From an uncultured Acidobacteriota bacterium (GTDB lineage: Bacteria; Acidobacteriota; Blastocatellia; RBC074), in contig CAWCKY010000006.1 in the NCBI GenBank assembly GCA_963796275.1, positions 2,240,001 through 2,304,000 on the forward strand: a stretch of DNA of 64,000 nucleotides. The letters run 5' to 3'. Numbering within the stretch: the first letter of the stretch is position 1; the number at the start of each line of letters is the position of its first letter. Made by a program: the position numbers and the translations under genes. Below are positions 19,427 through 30,230 of this stretch, one piece after another. The notes beneath the pieces were generated by a model, which made no database searches, was not told where the DNA came from, and saw only the letters and a program-made list of their open reading frames with translations.

Positions 19427-19665
19427 GGTATCGTTATCCCTTCTTTTCCTTAATCCGCTCGCCTATTTTTGACCTATTCGACCCGTGGCAACGAGACCTG
19501 CGTCACTCAAGGTGAGATGCCTGGTCTACATCTTCACAATTTTACCGAAGTGATAGTTCGGAGCTATTTGTGGCTAATCTCGCACGAGGGCCAAGTTATC
19601 AAAGACCTTTGGTATTCGCTCCTCATCCCTGACTACGAGAGTCATTTCGAGGAAACGGATCGCAG

Positions 19666-20013
19666 CTAATGATGACGAAGAGCCTGTAGCGGATCAACCC
19701 TGGTCGCACGGCGCGCCGGGATGTAGCTCGCAATGAGAGTAACGACGACCAGCAGCAAGGCGATCAGCGCGAAGGTCGTCGGATCGGTCGTGCTCACTGC
19801 GAAGAGCAGATTTTTCATGACGTGCGTCAGAGCGAGCGCCGCCGCCACACCCAGCGCCAGGCTCAATCCTCGCCAGACTACCATTCGCAGAACATCGCTC
19901 GCCTGCGCACCCAGCGCCATCCGGATGCCCATCTCGCGCGTGCCCTGGTTGACGGCATATGAGATGACGCCATAGATTCCCACCGTCGTGATGACGAAGT
20001 TGCGTGACTTCAT
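19666..20013 (-). pseudogene. C-terminal remnant of an ADOP/FtsX-type ABC permease
   Basis: [25 protein letters not shown]...[15 protein letters not shown] with no N-terminal part. Confidence 0.8.
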
Positions 20014-20672
20014 GGGAAGAGGGCATCTTCATGGAATTCCTTATGATTAACACAACCAGGTGGAGACTATCAGTACATCGAAGGCAGCCGCCGGTGTGGC
20101 CGCTTTGGGAGATGCGTTATGTTACGCCTTGTCGGTGAAGGCAGTCCGCAAGCCGGCCCCACGGGTATCAATGGTCAAAGAACCAGCGCCGATATGTATT
20201 CAGCAATCCGCCACATGTAACAAGGCCCCACGTATGCTTGCCGCGCGGAAGTTGGGCAAAGCGCGGCGGAACGGCTGGGCTCCGCGTTCGGAGGACGCTC
20301 CGCCCAGGTTGTTAATTATGTGAGTATGTAGAGATCAGCCAAGCCAAGGGCTAGCCGAAGCTGTTTTTTCTTCCAAAAGTCTCAACCCGGATTCGCCTGA
20401 CTTGTGTGTAATCCGAGGAATAACGAATCCTGTATTTTGCCTAAGGCCGCATAGATATTGCGAGTTGTCAGCCACCTCGCCAAAGGTTCACGAAGATTTG
20501 TGGCGCGGAGTGGTCAGATTGCGCAGAGCTGGCCTCCAGCGATGCTCCCCGTAAACCCGGAATCAATCGGATGTCGATATCCCCCGTTCACACTTCTGTT
20601 TAATCACGGTAGACACCTTTGACCGTCAAAGGATGTTCAACTCTAAACATCACCAAAGCCAAGGAGACAAGT

Positions 20673-22050
20673 ATGAAGAATCACCAGACCCAAATAACGC
20701 GTATTTTGATCATCGTGGCAATGGCGCTGATCGGCTGCTACCTCGGTCTTACGGCGGATCGGACCGCCAGCGCCGGGTCAGTCGACAAAGCCAGCTCACC
20801 GATGCCGACCCTGCGTGGTGAGGTGGCCATCAAACATCTTAAACAAACCGGACTCTACCATTCACTTTCAGCCGCAGTGGCGGCGAGCACGCTATCAGGA
20901 GGTAGGAGACGAAGGAGCGATCTATCCGGTGACGATCGACCCGACCTTCACGCAACAGCAAAAGCTGAAGGCCTCGGACGCGGTGACGAATGACCTGTTC
21001 GGCCACTCGGTGGCGATCAGCGGAGAGACGGTCGTGATCGGCGCGTGGCTTCATGATGGCGCAGGCGGGTTCCAATCAGGCTCGGCCTATGTCTTTGTGC
21101 GCAGCGGTGGAGTCTGGACCGAGCAGCAGAAGCTGGAGGCCTCGGACGGGTCGGCACAAGACACTTTCGGCTTCTCGGTGGCGATCAGCGGGGAGACGAT
21201 CGTAGTCGGCGCACATAATGATCATGGCGCAGCGGGCAGCGATCAAGGCTCGGCCTACGTCTTTGTGCGCAGCGGTGGGGTCTGGAGCCAGCAGCAGAAA
21301 CTGGAGGCATCGGACGGGGCGCCAGGTGACCGGTTCGGCTATGCGGTGGCGATCAGCGGGGAGACGGTCGTAGTGGGCGCGGAAGGTGATGATGGTGCAG
21401 CGGGCGGGGAACAAGGCTCGGCCTATGTCTTTGTGCGCAGCGGTGGAGTCTGGATCGAGCAGCAGAAACTGGAGGCATCGGACGCGGCGGCAGTTGCCCT
21501 CTTCGGCCACTCGGTAGCGATCAGCGGGGAGACAGTCGTAGTCGGCCCAGGCGCCTATGTCTTTGTGCGCAGCGGTGATGCTTGGAGCCAGCAGCAGAAG
21601 CTGGAGGCGTCGGACGGGGCGCCAGGTGACCGGTTCGGCTTCTCGGTGGCGATCGACGCGGAGACGGTCGTGGTCGGCGCGGAGTCGGATAATGGCGCAG
21701 CGGGCTTCGATCAAGGTTCGGCCTATATCTTTGTGCGCAGCGGTGGGGTCTGGAGCCAGCAGCAGAAGCTGGAGGCATCGGACGCGGCGGAAGAGGACCA
21801 GTTCGGCAACTCAGTGGCGATCAGCGGGGAGACGGTCGTGATCGGCGCGCGGCTTGATGAGTTCGGCAATCCAGGCTCGGCCTATGTCTTTGTGCATAGC
21901 GGTGGAGTCTGGAGCCAGCAGCAGAAGCTGATGGTCTCGGACGTGGAAATATTTGCCGAGTTTGGCACCTCGGTGGCGATCAGCGGGGAGACGATCGTGG
22001 TCGGCGCGCCGTTTGATGCGAGCGCCTATGTCTTTGCCCCAACCAATTAG
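20673..22050 (+). pseudogene. secreted FG-GAP repeat (beta-propeller) protein with a +1 frameshift near 20886
   Basis: AGGAG RBS and signal peptide in one frame; ARYQ...YPVTIDP and seven FG.SVAISGET repeats in another. May be a sequencing error. Confidence 0.75.
20950..22040 (+). repeat. tandem coding repeats (mostly about 170-180 bp) of FG-GAP blades
   Basis: Recurring GGTGGCGATCAGCGGGGAGACG and GCCTATGTCTTTGTGCGCAGCGGTGG blocks. Confidence 0.85.
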
Positions 22051-22840
22051 CGGTCCGATTAACCAGGATGAGCCTACTGACAGCACTGGCAACGGCCATA
22101 CTTGTCCCTATGGCTAGAGAATCGGTACTTCCACCGCTCAGCTCCACGCCGAGCGGAGGTCAGGGCGATAGCCGGGCCAATAGTGTCCTTGCGGCAATGT
22201 GCATTATGCGTATTGCCACAAGGACACCGTGTGTCGGTGGTTCTGGTAGATGCCGATCAGAATGGATATGGTGAGGTTGGGAACGCAGCCCTCTGCTGTT
22301 CCCGCCATGATTGATGTTTGTTCTCTGTGCGGGGCGTTGCCCAGTCAGTTCAGAACGAGAGGTAATAGGAACCACAACAAAAGGATGGCCGCACATATTC
22401 CCAGAGACCAATCAGCTGGGTACTATCTAAAGGATCGCCAAGCTTATTCATCAATACAGCAAAGCTATGACTGGTCCTAGCCCGGAACAATATGTATCAA
22501 GGTACGATCCACAGTGGTATATCCTTCAGCCCGACGTATCCGAACACCTTGACTGACCAATATCCCGCACATAGGTACGGATCATTCATGATGGCGACGG
22601 CGATGATATCTCCTCGCGGTATTCCCAGATGCTGATCGGCGATGCTCACAAAAATTCAGAATGATGAGAACGCGCCTGAAGCTGAAAACCATTTCGATTT
22701 CGTGATGTATTTGCTTGCTTCCAAGGTTCATAATCTTAAGTCGCAGGAGGTTGAAAGATACTACGGTTAGTTGATAAAGAGGATGCGAAAGGACCGAGTA
22801 GTTCTTTTCAACAATGGGATGAAAATTCAAAGGAGGGGTT

Positions 22841-23539
22841 ATGGAAATTACAAAGAACGCAAAAGTCGAACCGGTCAACATGAAGCTAGAAATCGTGTTG
22901 CTCGGCGTTTCCGACGTCGACCGCGCCAAGGCTTTCTACCAAAATCTCGGTTGGCGACTCGACATCGACATCGCGGCTGGCGACTTCCGCGGCGTGCAGA
23001 TGACGCCGCACAACTCGGGAGCCTCGATAATCTTCGGCAAGGGAGTCACGTCGCTAAAGCCCGGCTTGGCCGACAGCCTGGTCCTCGCCGTGGACGACAT
23101 CGACGCCGCCCGCGACGACTTGATCGCCCGCGGCGTCGAGGTGAGCGATGTCTTCCACTACGCCGGCGGCCCTTTCAACAACGCCGTGGAGAACCCGCGC
23201 GTCGGCGGGCGCGACCCGCAAGGGCGCTCCTACTTCTCGTTTACATCGTTTGAGGATCCGGACGGGAACGGCTGGCTGCTTCAGGAAATCCATACGCGGC
23301 TTCCCGGCCGCGAGTGGGAATCGACGCGGGAGCGGGCCGTGGACGTTGCTACCCTTGCGGAACTCCTCCGCGAAACGTCGGAGCACCACGACCACTTCGA
23401 GAATACGCACGCCGAGCACGACTGGTGGGACTGGTATGCGCCTTACCTGAACGCGCGTCAGAATGGCAGCGGTCCGGAGGAGGCCGACTCCGCCGCTGAC
23501 CGCTACATGGAGGAGGTCCTTCACGTTCTTCCCAGATGA
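22841..23539 (+). CDS. VOC/glyoxalase family protein with C-terminal extension
   Basis: VSDVDRAKAFY, FEDPDGNGWLLQE; tail HDHFE...WWDWYAPY; GGAGG RBS. Confidence 0.88.
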   Translation: MEITKNAKVEPVNMKLEIVLLGVSDVDRAKAFYQNLGWRLDIDIAAGDFRGVQMTPHNSGASIIFGKGVTSLKPGLADSLVLAVDDIDAARDDLIARGVEVSDVFHYAGGPFNNAVENPRVGGRDPQGRSYFSFTSFEDPDGNGWLLQEIHTRLPGREWESTRERAVDVATLAELLRETSEHHDHFENTHAEHDWWDWYAPYLNARQNGSGPEEADSAADRYMEEVLHVLPR

Positions 23540-23987
23540 CGGATTTATGTGACCGTGCTCTCGAGGTGGGCTCGGAAGTAGCAGTAAGTGATATTCAATA
23601 ATATTGGAAATTCATAGAAGGAGTTTTGGCAACGATACGACTTGCACCTGAGCGAGCCCAAGCGTTTTACCCCTGAGGTTGCACAGGGCCGGAGGTGTGG
23701 CCGTGCGCTTTGTAAAGACGCTTTCCTTCTTCCCATAAACTCTTGAAAATATTGGTGGATTTGTCTCGTGAAGAATTCATTGCGCGCCCATTTAAGAATC
23801 TGATCTCGACACGCCTCACGTGGCTTACCACGCCAACGATGTCACCTTTCCATGACGATGGGGGGATGTGCTAATGTTGGACATAATCTAGTCGCATATG
23901 GCGGGAATCCTTACAGAGGCGCGCGCCGCATCAGTCCCCCTGTCGCAATAGTTCGACTCGCGCCATCCATTATGAATTTTTGAAAAG

Positions 23988-24986
23988 ATGACATCACAAA
24001 AGAGAGACGACTCAAGAATGGCTGCAATCATAGATGTTGGTCGCGCGGCGATGCTTGCCGAAGCGCAAGCGATCGTGCGGGCGGCCGATCAGATCGATCA
24101 CCGTTTCGCGAGAGCTGTTCATTTGATCGCTGACTCAGAGGGCGCAGTGATCGTGAGCGGAATCGGCAAGTCAGGCCACGTGGCGCATAAGATTGCGGCG
24201 ACCTTTGCCAGCACCGGAACGCCCGCCCTTTTTCTTCACGCTGCTGAAGCTGCACACGGTGATATCGGGATGTGCCGGAATGGGGATGTAGCACTTTTGA
24301 TTTCGAAGAGCGGAGCAACGGCTGAGCTGAGCGCTCTATCCGGCATGCTCCGCGAGCGTGAAGTCCCGATCATTGCCATCGTCGGCTCTGTCAATTCACC
24401 TCTGGCTGCCTCCGCGGATGTGGCGCTGGACGGTTCGATCAGCCGGGAAGCCGATCTCCATAATCTGGCCCCCAGCTCCAGCACGGCCGTCGCGATGGCG
24501 CTCGGCGATGCATTAGCCTTCGCCGTGATGCGAGTCCGAAAGTTGGAAGCAGATGATCTCGCACGAAACCATCCCGGTGGACGAATCGGCTACATGTTCC
24601 GCGTCAAAGTTAGCGATGCGATGGCTCCCAGCAGCCGCGTCGCACAGGTTCGCCGCGATGATCTTCTGCGTGTCGTGCTCGAACAGGTCACGCGAAGTGG
24701 ACTCGGATGCGCATGCGTAATCGATGAAGACGGCAATATGGAAGGACTCATCACCGATGGAGACATCCGCCGCGCGCTGCAAAAGTCTATTGATGTGGAT
24801 GCCACCAGGGCATCGGAAGTCATGACGCGAGGCCCTGTGACAATTGAACCCTCTGCGACTCTCTACCAGGCGATCCAAGTGATGGAGGATCGTACTTCGC
24901 AAATCTCGGTCCTTCCCGTGGTTGACGGCGCCCGGTGCGTTGGGCTGATCCGTCTTCACGACATTTATCAAGCGGGGTTGCTCTGA
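23988..24986 (+). CDS. KpsF/GutQ/KdsD-family arabinose-5-phosphate isomerase (SIS + CBS pair)
   Basis: GIGKSGHVAHK, EAAHGD, HPGG, GLITDGDIRR. Confidence 0.9.
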   Translation: MTSQKRDDSRMAAIIDVGRAAMLAEAQAIVRAADQIDHRFARAVHLIADSEGAVIVSGIGKSGHVAHKIAATFASTGTPALFLHAAEAAHGDIGMCRNGDVALLISKSGATAELSALSGMLREREVPIIAIVGSVNSPLAASADVALDGSISREADLHNLAPSSSTAVAMALGDALAFAVMRVRKLEADDLARNHPGGRIGYMFRVKVSDAMAPSSRVAQVRRDDLLRVVLEQVTRSGLGCACVIDEDGNMEGLITDGDIRRALQKSIDVDATRASEVMTRGPVTIEPSATLYQAIQVMEDRTSQISVLPVVDGARCVGLIRLHDIYQAGLL

Positions 24987-25059
24987 GAAGGCTCGCGCAT
25001 ATATTGAATTGACCGTTCGACCTCGGGGTCCAATCCAAGGGTTACGCACACAGTGACGC

Positions 25060-25255
25060 GACCGGCATGTCTGCCTTCCTAGCGTGCCAGACCGACTCCA
25101 GCAGGCAAGCAACGCTACTGCCGTCAACACAGCGATCCCCTCCTAAGTCGGCGCATCCGCTGCAGCCATACCAAACAGAGCAAAACTTTCATGACTGCGT
25201 CAGAACCACTGCCGCACTCAATCCAAGTACCACGCCAATCACATGCCTTGCCGGA
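25060..25255 (-). pseudogene. heavily degraded C-terminal ADOP permease remnant
   Basis: Across frameshifts and a stop it reads [49 protein letters not shown], collinear with the C-termini of intact ADOPs in this window. Confidence 0.65.
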
Positions 25256-25506
25256 AAAAGTAGCGCTGGAGAGGCTATAACAGGTTACTAACTTTGAGCG
25301 TTGCAAATAACCTAGTTATGGCGTTTTAAACATATATATCTTCAGTCCCATGAAAGTCGTTTGCCCAGACACCCAATAAAATCGAGGGTCCTTGTTAATA
25401 ACACGCTCTATCCCAACGTTATCAGATTGGTCGGAGGGCTTCACACAAGTCCGGAGTTGGAGAAATTGCAGACAAACATCAATAACAACACACGCACGGT
25501 GACACT

Positions 25507-26389
25507 ATGCTGAACCTGACCGGAATATCGAAAACCTATCCAGGCGGGGTGCATGCGATGCAGGATATCCATCTGGACGTGCCCAGAGGGATGTTCGGGC
25601 TGCTCGGCCCCAATGGCGCCGGCAAGTCGTCGCTGATGCGCACGATTGCCACACTGCAGCAACCCGATAGCGGGTCCATCACGTTCAACGGCATCGACAT
25701 TCTGCAGGACAAGACTGCGTTGCGCCGCACACTCGGCTACCTGCCGCAGGAGTTCGGCGCCTACCCCCGCACCTCCGCCCTCGCGATGCTCAAACACCTC
25801 GCGGCCCTGAAGGGCATCCACGGCAGTCAGCGACAGCAGGTCGTGGAAAATCTGCTGGTCAAGACCAATCTGTGGGACGCTCGAAACAAGAGCATTGATA
25901 AGTTTTCCGGCGGCATGAAGCAGCGCTATGGCATCGCGCAGGCATTACTGGGCAACCCGGCGCTTCTGATTGTCGATGAACCCACGGCGGGACTCGATCC
26001 GGCGGAGCGGCGGCGCTTCCTGAACATACTTGCCGAAGTCGGCGAGGGGACGGTGGTGATTCTTTCCACGCACATCGTCGATGATGTGAAGGAACTCTGT
26101 AGCTCAGGTGGCAATTATGGGGCGCGGGCGCATTCTGAAAGTGGGCGAGCCGCTGCAGATGATTCGCGAGATGAAAGGCAAGCTGTGGACACAGGTGGTT
26201 AAGCGCGAGGAAGTCGCGGAGATTCGCGCGCGCCACACCGTGTTATCCACGCGACTCAAGGCAGGCTCCACAGAGATTCGCGTGCTGTCCGACACTCAGC
26301 CCGAAGGCATGCAACCCGCCGCCCCCGAGCTGGAAGACGTCTACTTCAGCACGCTGATCGCACACAACCTCAAAGACAATCTGGAGTAG
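25507..26389 (+). pseudogene. ABC transporter ATP-binding protein, frameshift near 26103
   Basis: GPNGAGKS, FSGGMKQR, IVDEPT, STH; C-terminus (PELEDVY) continues in ORF 26108..26389. Confidence 0.85.
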
Positions 26390-26394
26390 CACGG

Positions 26395-29300
26395 ATGCGC
26401 CAAATTCTGGAGGTCATGCAGTTCGAGACTCGCTATCAGCTCCGCTCGCCCTTCTTTCTCGGCGCGCTGCTGATGTTCGCGCTGATTCACTTTCTGTCGA
26501 TCACCGGCACCATCATCACATCGGACATCAGCAACCAGGTCGCCATCAACAGCGCGTATGCCATCTTGCAGAGCGAGCTGGCGCTCTTCATCTTCGGCAT
26601 GCTGCCCATCGTGGCCTTCGTCACTACCGCGATCACGCGCGATTTCGAACACGCGACCGCCTCACTCGTGTATCGTCGCGCCGATCTCGCCCAAAACTTT
26701 TGTGCTGGGAAGATTTCTCGGGGCGCTGAGTCCCTGCGCTTTTGATCGGTCTCGCGGGACTGCTGGGCGCGATGATCGGCACGTTCATGCCGTGGCTGGA
26801 TCAGGCGCGCATCGCCCCCTTCTCGCTGCTGCCCTGGGCGTACATCTTCTTTGTCGTCATTCTGCCCAGCACACTCGTCTTATGCGCCATCTTCTTCAGT
26901 GTCGCGGCGCTCACCCGCTCCTTTGCGTTGACCTATGCCGCGGCGATGGCCTTCTTCGTCGCAGAAGTTCTCCTGAATCTTTACGCGAAACTTGAAATTG
27001 GACGGGCGCCTGGGCTGCCCTGGCCGATCCGTCGGCCAGGCTTACCGTGGCGGCTGAGACACGCTACTGGACGGTCGCCGAACTCAACACAAACCTTCCG
27101 CTGGGGACTGCTGCTGCAGAATCGCCTGCTCTGGCTGACGGTGGCGCTGCTGGCCCTGCTGCTCGCGCTGCTGCGCTTTCGCCTGGATTTAGCGGAGCAG
27201 GCGCCGTTCCGCTTCAAACGACGAACGCCTGGCGGCGCCACAGCGCAACGAACTCCGCAACCCGCAATTCAAAAGATCACTCCGGTACTGAGCTTCTCCC
27301 CGCGAGCCTCCTTCGCACAGTTCGTCTCGCAACTGAAGATGGATCTGTCCTGTGTCTTCAAAAGCCCGCTCATTTACATCATTCTGGCGCTCGTCATCAC
27401 GATGATGATCGGCGAGTTTCAGAGCAATGTCAGTCGGATTGGGCTTGAAACGCCGCTGTACCCGCTGACGAGTCAGATGCTTCCCATTCTGCGCTTCGGA
27501 ATGCTGCCGTACATCCTGCTGATCGGCCTCTGGTACTCCGCCGAATTGATCCATCGCGAACGCGCATCCGGCATTGGCGAGATCATCAACGCATCGCCTT
27601 TCCCCGACTGGCTCATGATCCTTTCGAAGACCGCGGCGCTGTGCCTGGTGGTCGGATGCGCTGATGCTCGTGGCAGTGCTCACCTTAATGGCGATGCAAG
27701 CAGCGGCAGGCTACACCAACTTCGAGCTGGGCCTGTATCTGCAATCCGCGTTCATCTACAACGGTATTTACTACTGCATGCTGTGCATCCTGGCCGTGGT
27801 CATTCAGGCGATCTCGCCCAACAAATGGCTGGGTATGCTGCTGACGCTGGGCGTTTACATCGCCCTGTTGAGCCTGGAACCGATGGGCTTCGACCATGTG
27901 CTGTACAGCTTCAGCATCCCCGATGCCGTCTACTCCGATATGAACGGCTTCGGCCACTTCACCAAACCGGTGTTCTCGTTGATCGCCTACTGGGGGGCTT
28001 TCTGCGTCCTGCTGCTCATTGCCGGGCATCTGCTCTACCCGCGCGGCAATTATTTCTCCGTGCGTGAAAGACTGCGGGATGCGCGCGCTCGCCTCGGGGC
28101 GGGAGTCAGGCTCACTGCAGGTCTCGCCGCTGTATGCCTTCATCGGCATCGGCGGCTGGATCTTCTACAATACCAATATCCTCAATGAATACCTGACGCC
28201 CCGCGAGCGGCTGCAGCGCGAGGCTGATTATGAAAAAGCCTGGGGGCGCTACGACAACGCGCCGGCGCCGTCATACGACAGCATCAGCATGGCGATTGAT
28301 ATTTTCCCCACAGAACGACGGCTCGAATCGCGCGGCAGCGCGACATTGGGCAACCACAAGAAGGCGCCGATCAGTGAATTTGTGGTGTCGATCAATCCCG
28401 TGCTGCACGTCAATCAGATCGCGGTGGAGAATGCCACGCTGGCGCAATCAGACAAAGCACAGGGTGTCTATCTTTACCGGCTCGACGCAGCGCTGGCGCC
28501 GGGCGCGACGGTGAAAATGACCTGGAACGTGACGCGCAATAACGAAGGGTTCGTCGCCGCCGAACCTGATAACGAACTCGTGGCGAACGGTACCTATCTC
28601 GACACCATCGGCGTGATGCCGATCCCGGGTTATGACGGCGGTCGCAGGATTACCGACAACGCACAGCGCCGCAAATACGGACTGCCCCCCGCGCCGCGCA
28701 CGCCGAAGCTGGGAGACCCCGCGTTTGCGGACAGGCTTGGTTACGGCATCGACAGCCGCACCGCGTTCGAGGTTGTCCTCAGTACCAGCACCGATCAGAT
28801 TGCGGTTGCGCCCGGAATCCTGCAGAAAGAGTGGCTGCAGGGAGGACGGCGTTACTTTCATTACAAGGCCGAAGAGCCGATCCTGCCGAACCTCTCGTTC
28901 TGCTCCGCGCGTTACGAGGTCGCCCGCGACCGATGGAAGGACGTGGCGCTGGAGATTTATTACGATCCCAAACATCCCTTCAACATCGCCGCGATGATGG
29001 AGACAGCCAAACGCGGTCTGGAGATGTATTCCACCGAGTTTGCGCCGTACCACTACTCATATCTTCGCATCCTGGAGTTCCCGCGCTACCGTTCGGTCGG
29101 CAAGTTCCATTCCGGTACCGTGCCCCTCTCCGAAGTCGTCGGCTTTGTCAGCGACCTGCGCGCAGTGGAAAATGCCGATTACGGCATCATGCACGAACTC
29201 GCGCACATGTGGTGGGGCGAACGCATCACCGGCGCGCAAATGCAGGGACGGTGGATGCTAACTGAAAACATGGCGGACTATTCCACGCTGATGCTGTTCA

Positions 29301-29999
29301 AGGAATACTACCCGCCGGCCTATGCCGACCGCATTGTCCGAGGAATGCTGGACAGCTACCTCAAGAGGAGGAGCAGCGAGGATGAGGCCGAAGTGCCGGT
29401 GATGTACACCGAAAGACCATGGCTACCTCAGAGCCAAGGGCCCTCTGGCCATGTATGCGCTGCAGGACATCATCGGCAAGGAGAAGGTCCACCAGGCCCT
29501 GCGCAATTTCCTCAGGGACTACTCATTTCAAACCGCGCCTTGTCCCACCTCCAGAGATATGGTCAACGCGCTGCGCGCCGAGGCGGGCCCGGAATATCAG
29601 CAACTCATTACCGATTTGTTCGAGAGGATCGTGCTCTACGATCTGCAGGTGGATGCGGCCAGCGCGCGGGAGATTGATGGCGGGTATGAAGTGACTGTCG
29701 AGATAACGGCGAAACAATTCGAGGCGGATGGCCGCGGGAAAGAGACCGAGGAGCCGCTTGATACGTGGTTCGATGTGGCGGTGTTTGCGGAGACCGACGA
29801 ACCGCTGGAGGGAGTTACGCCGTTGTACATCGAGAAACATCGGCTGCACAGCGGGAAGCAGGTGTTGACAGTTCGCACATCGGAGAGGCCGGGAATTGCG
29901 GCGCTGGACCCGTTTCACAAGAGGATTGAGCGAAGCGCCGGGAATAACAGCCGGAGAATAGCTGCCCGGCCTTTCACTGTGTCTAGATTATCTCCTTAG
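26395..29999 (+). pseudogene. ABC-2 permease / M1 aminopeptidase fusion broken by about 7 frameshifts
   Basis: Overlapping ORFs 26395-26745, 26742-28067, 27664-28188, 28019-29677 and 29451-29999 join into TM domains plus ILEFPRY and HELAHMWWG...LTE zinc motif. Confidence 0.8.
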
Positions 30000-30017
30000 A
30001 TATACGCGCTTTGTCAC

Positions 30018-30173
30018 TCAATTCCGAGCTGGTTTGGCGTTCGGCGTCCGCTTCAATCCTCCGCTCGAGAGCAATTCCGCGTAGCAGTCATCCAAGTCCT
30101 GGGCGAACTCGCACGCCGGCGCAAGCTGCAAGCACGCCAGCCGCTGATTGATCTCCGATCTCCAGTTGGGCAC
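30018..30173 (-). pseudogene. N-terminal remnant of an ADOP permease
   Basis: AGGAG RBS, then GTG-PNWRSEINQRLACLQLAPACEFAQDLDDCYAELLSSGG, matching the N-termini MPDWKAEIR... and MSEWNPEIKRRL... of neighbouring ADOPs. Confidence 0.75.
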
Positions 30174-30230
30174 GGTTGCGTCTCCTTCTCCGATTCACCT
30201 CTTGAAGCAAGGCTGCTCATTCATGGTCGC

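Noticed and set aside
20060-20323. 87-aa ORF in the intergenic region
   Set aside because: No RBS or recognisable motif; probably spurious or an unidentifiable remnant.
20950-22040. Regularly spaced near-identical DNA repeats suggesting a CRISPR array
   Set aside because: They are in-frame FG-GAP coding repeats with similar intervening sequence, and no cas genes are present.
22550-22640. Minus-strand GDIIAVAIMNDPYLCAGYW resembling a ParE/RelE toxin C-terminus
   Set aside because: The similarity is short and weak, with no upstream toxin body or antitoxin.
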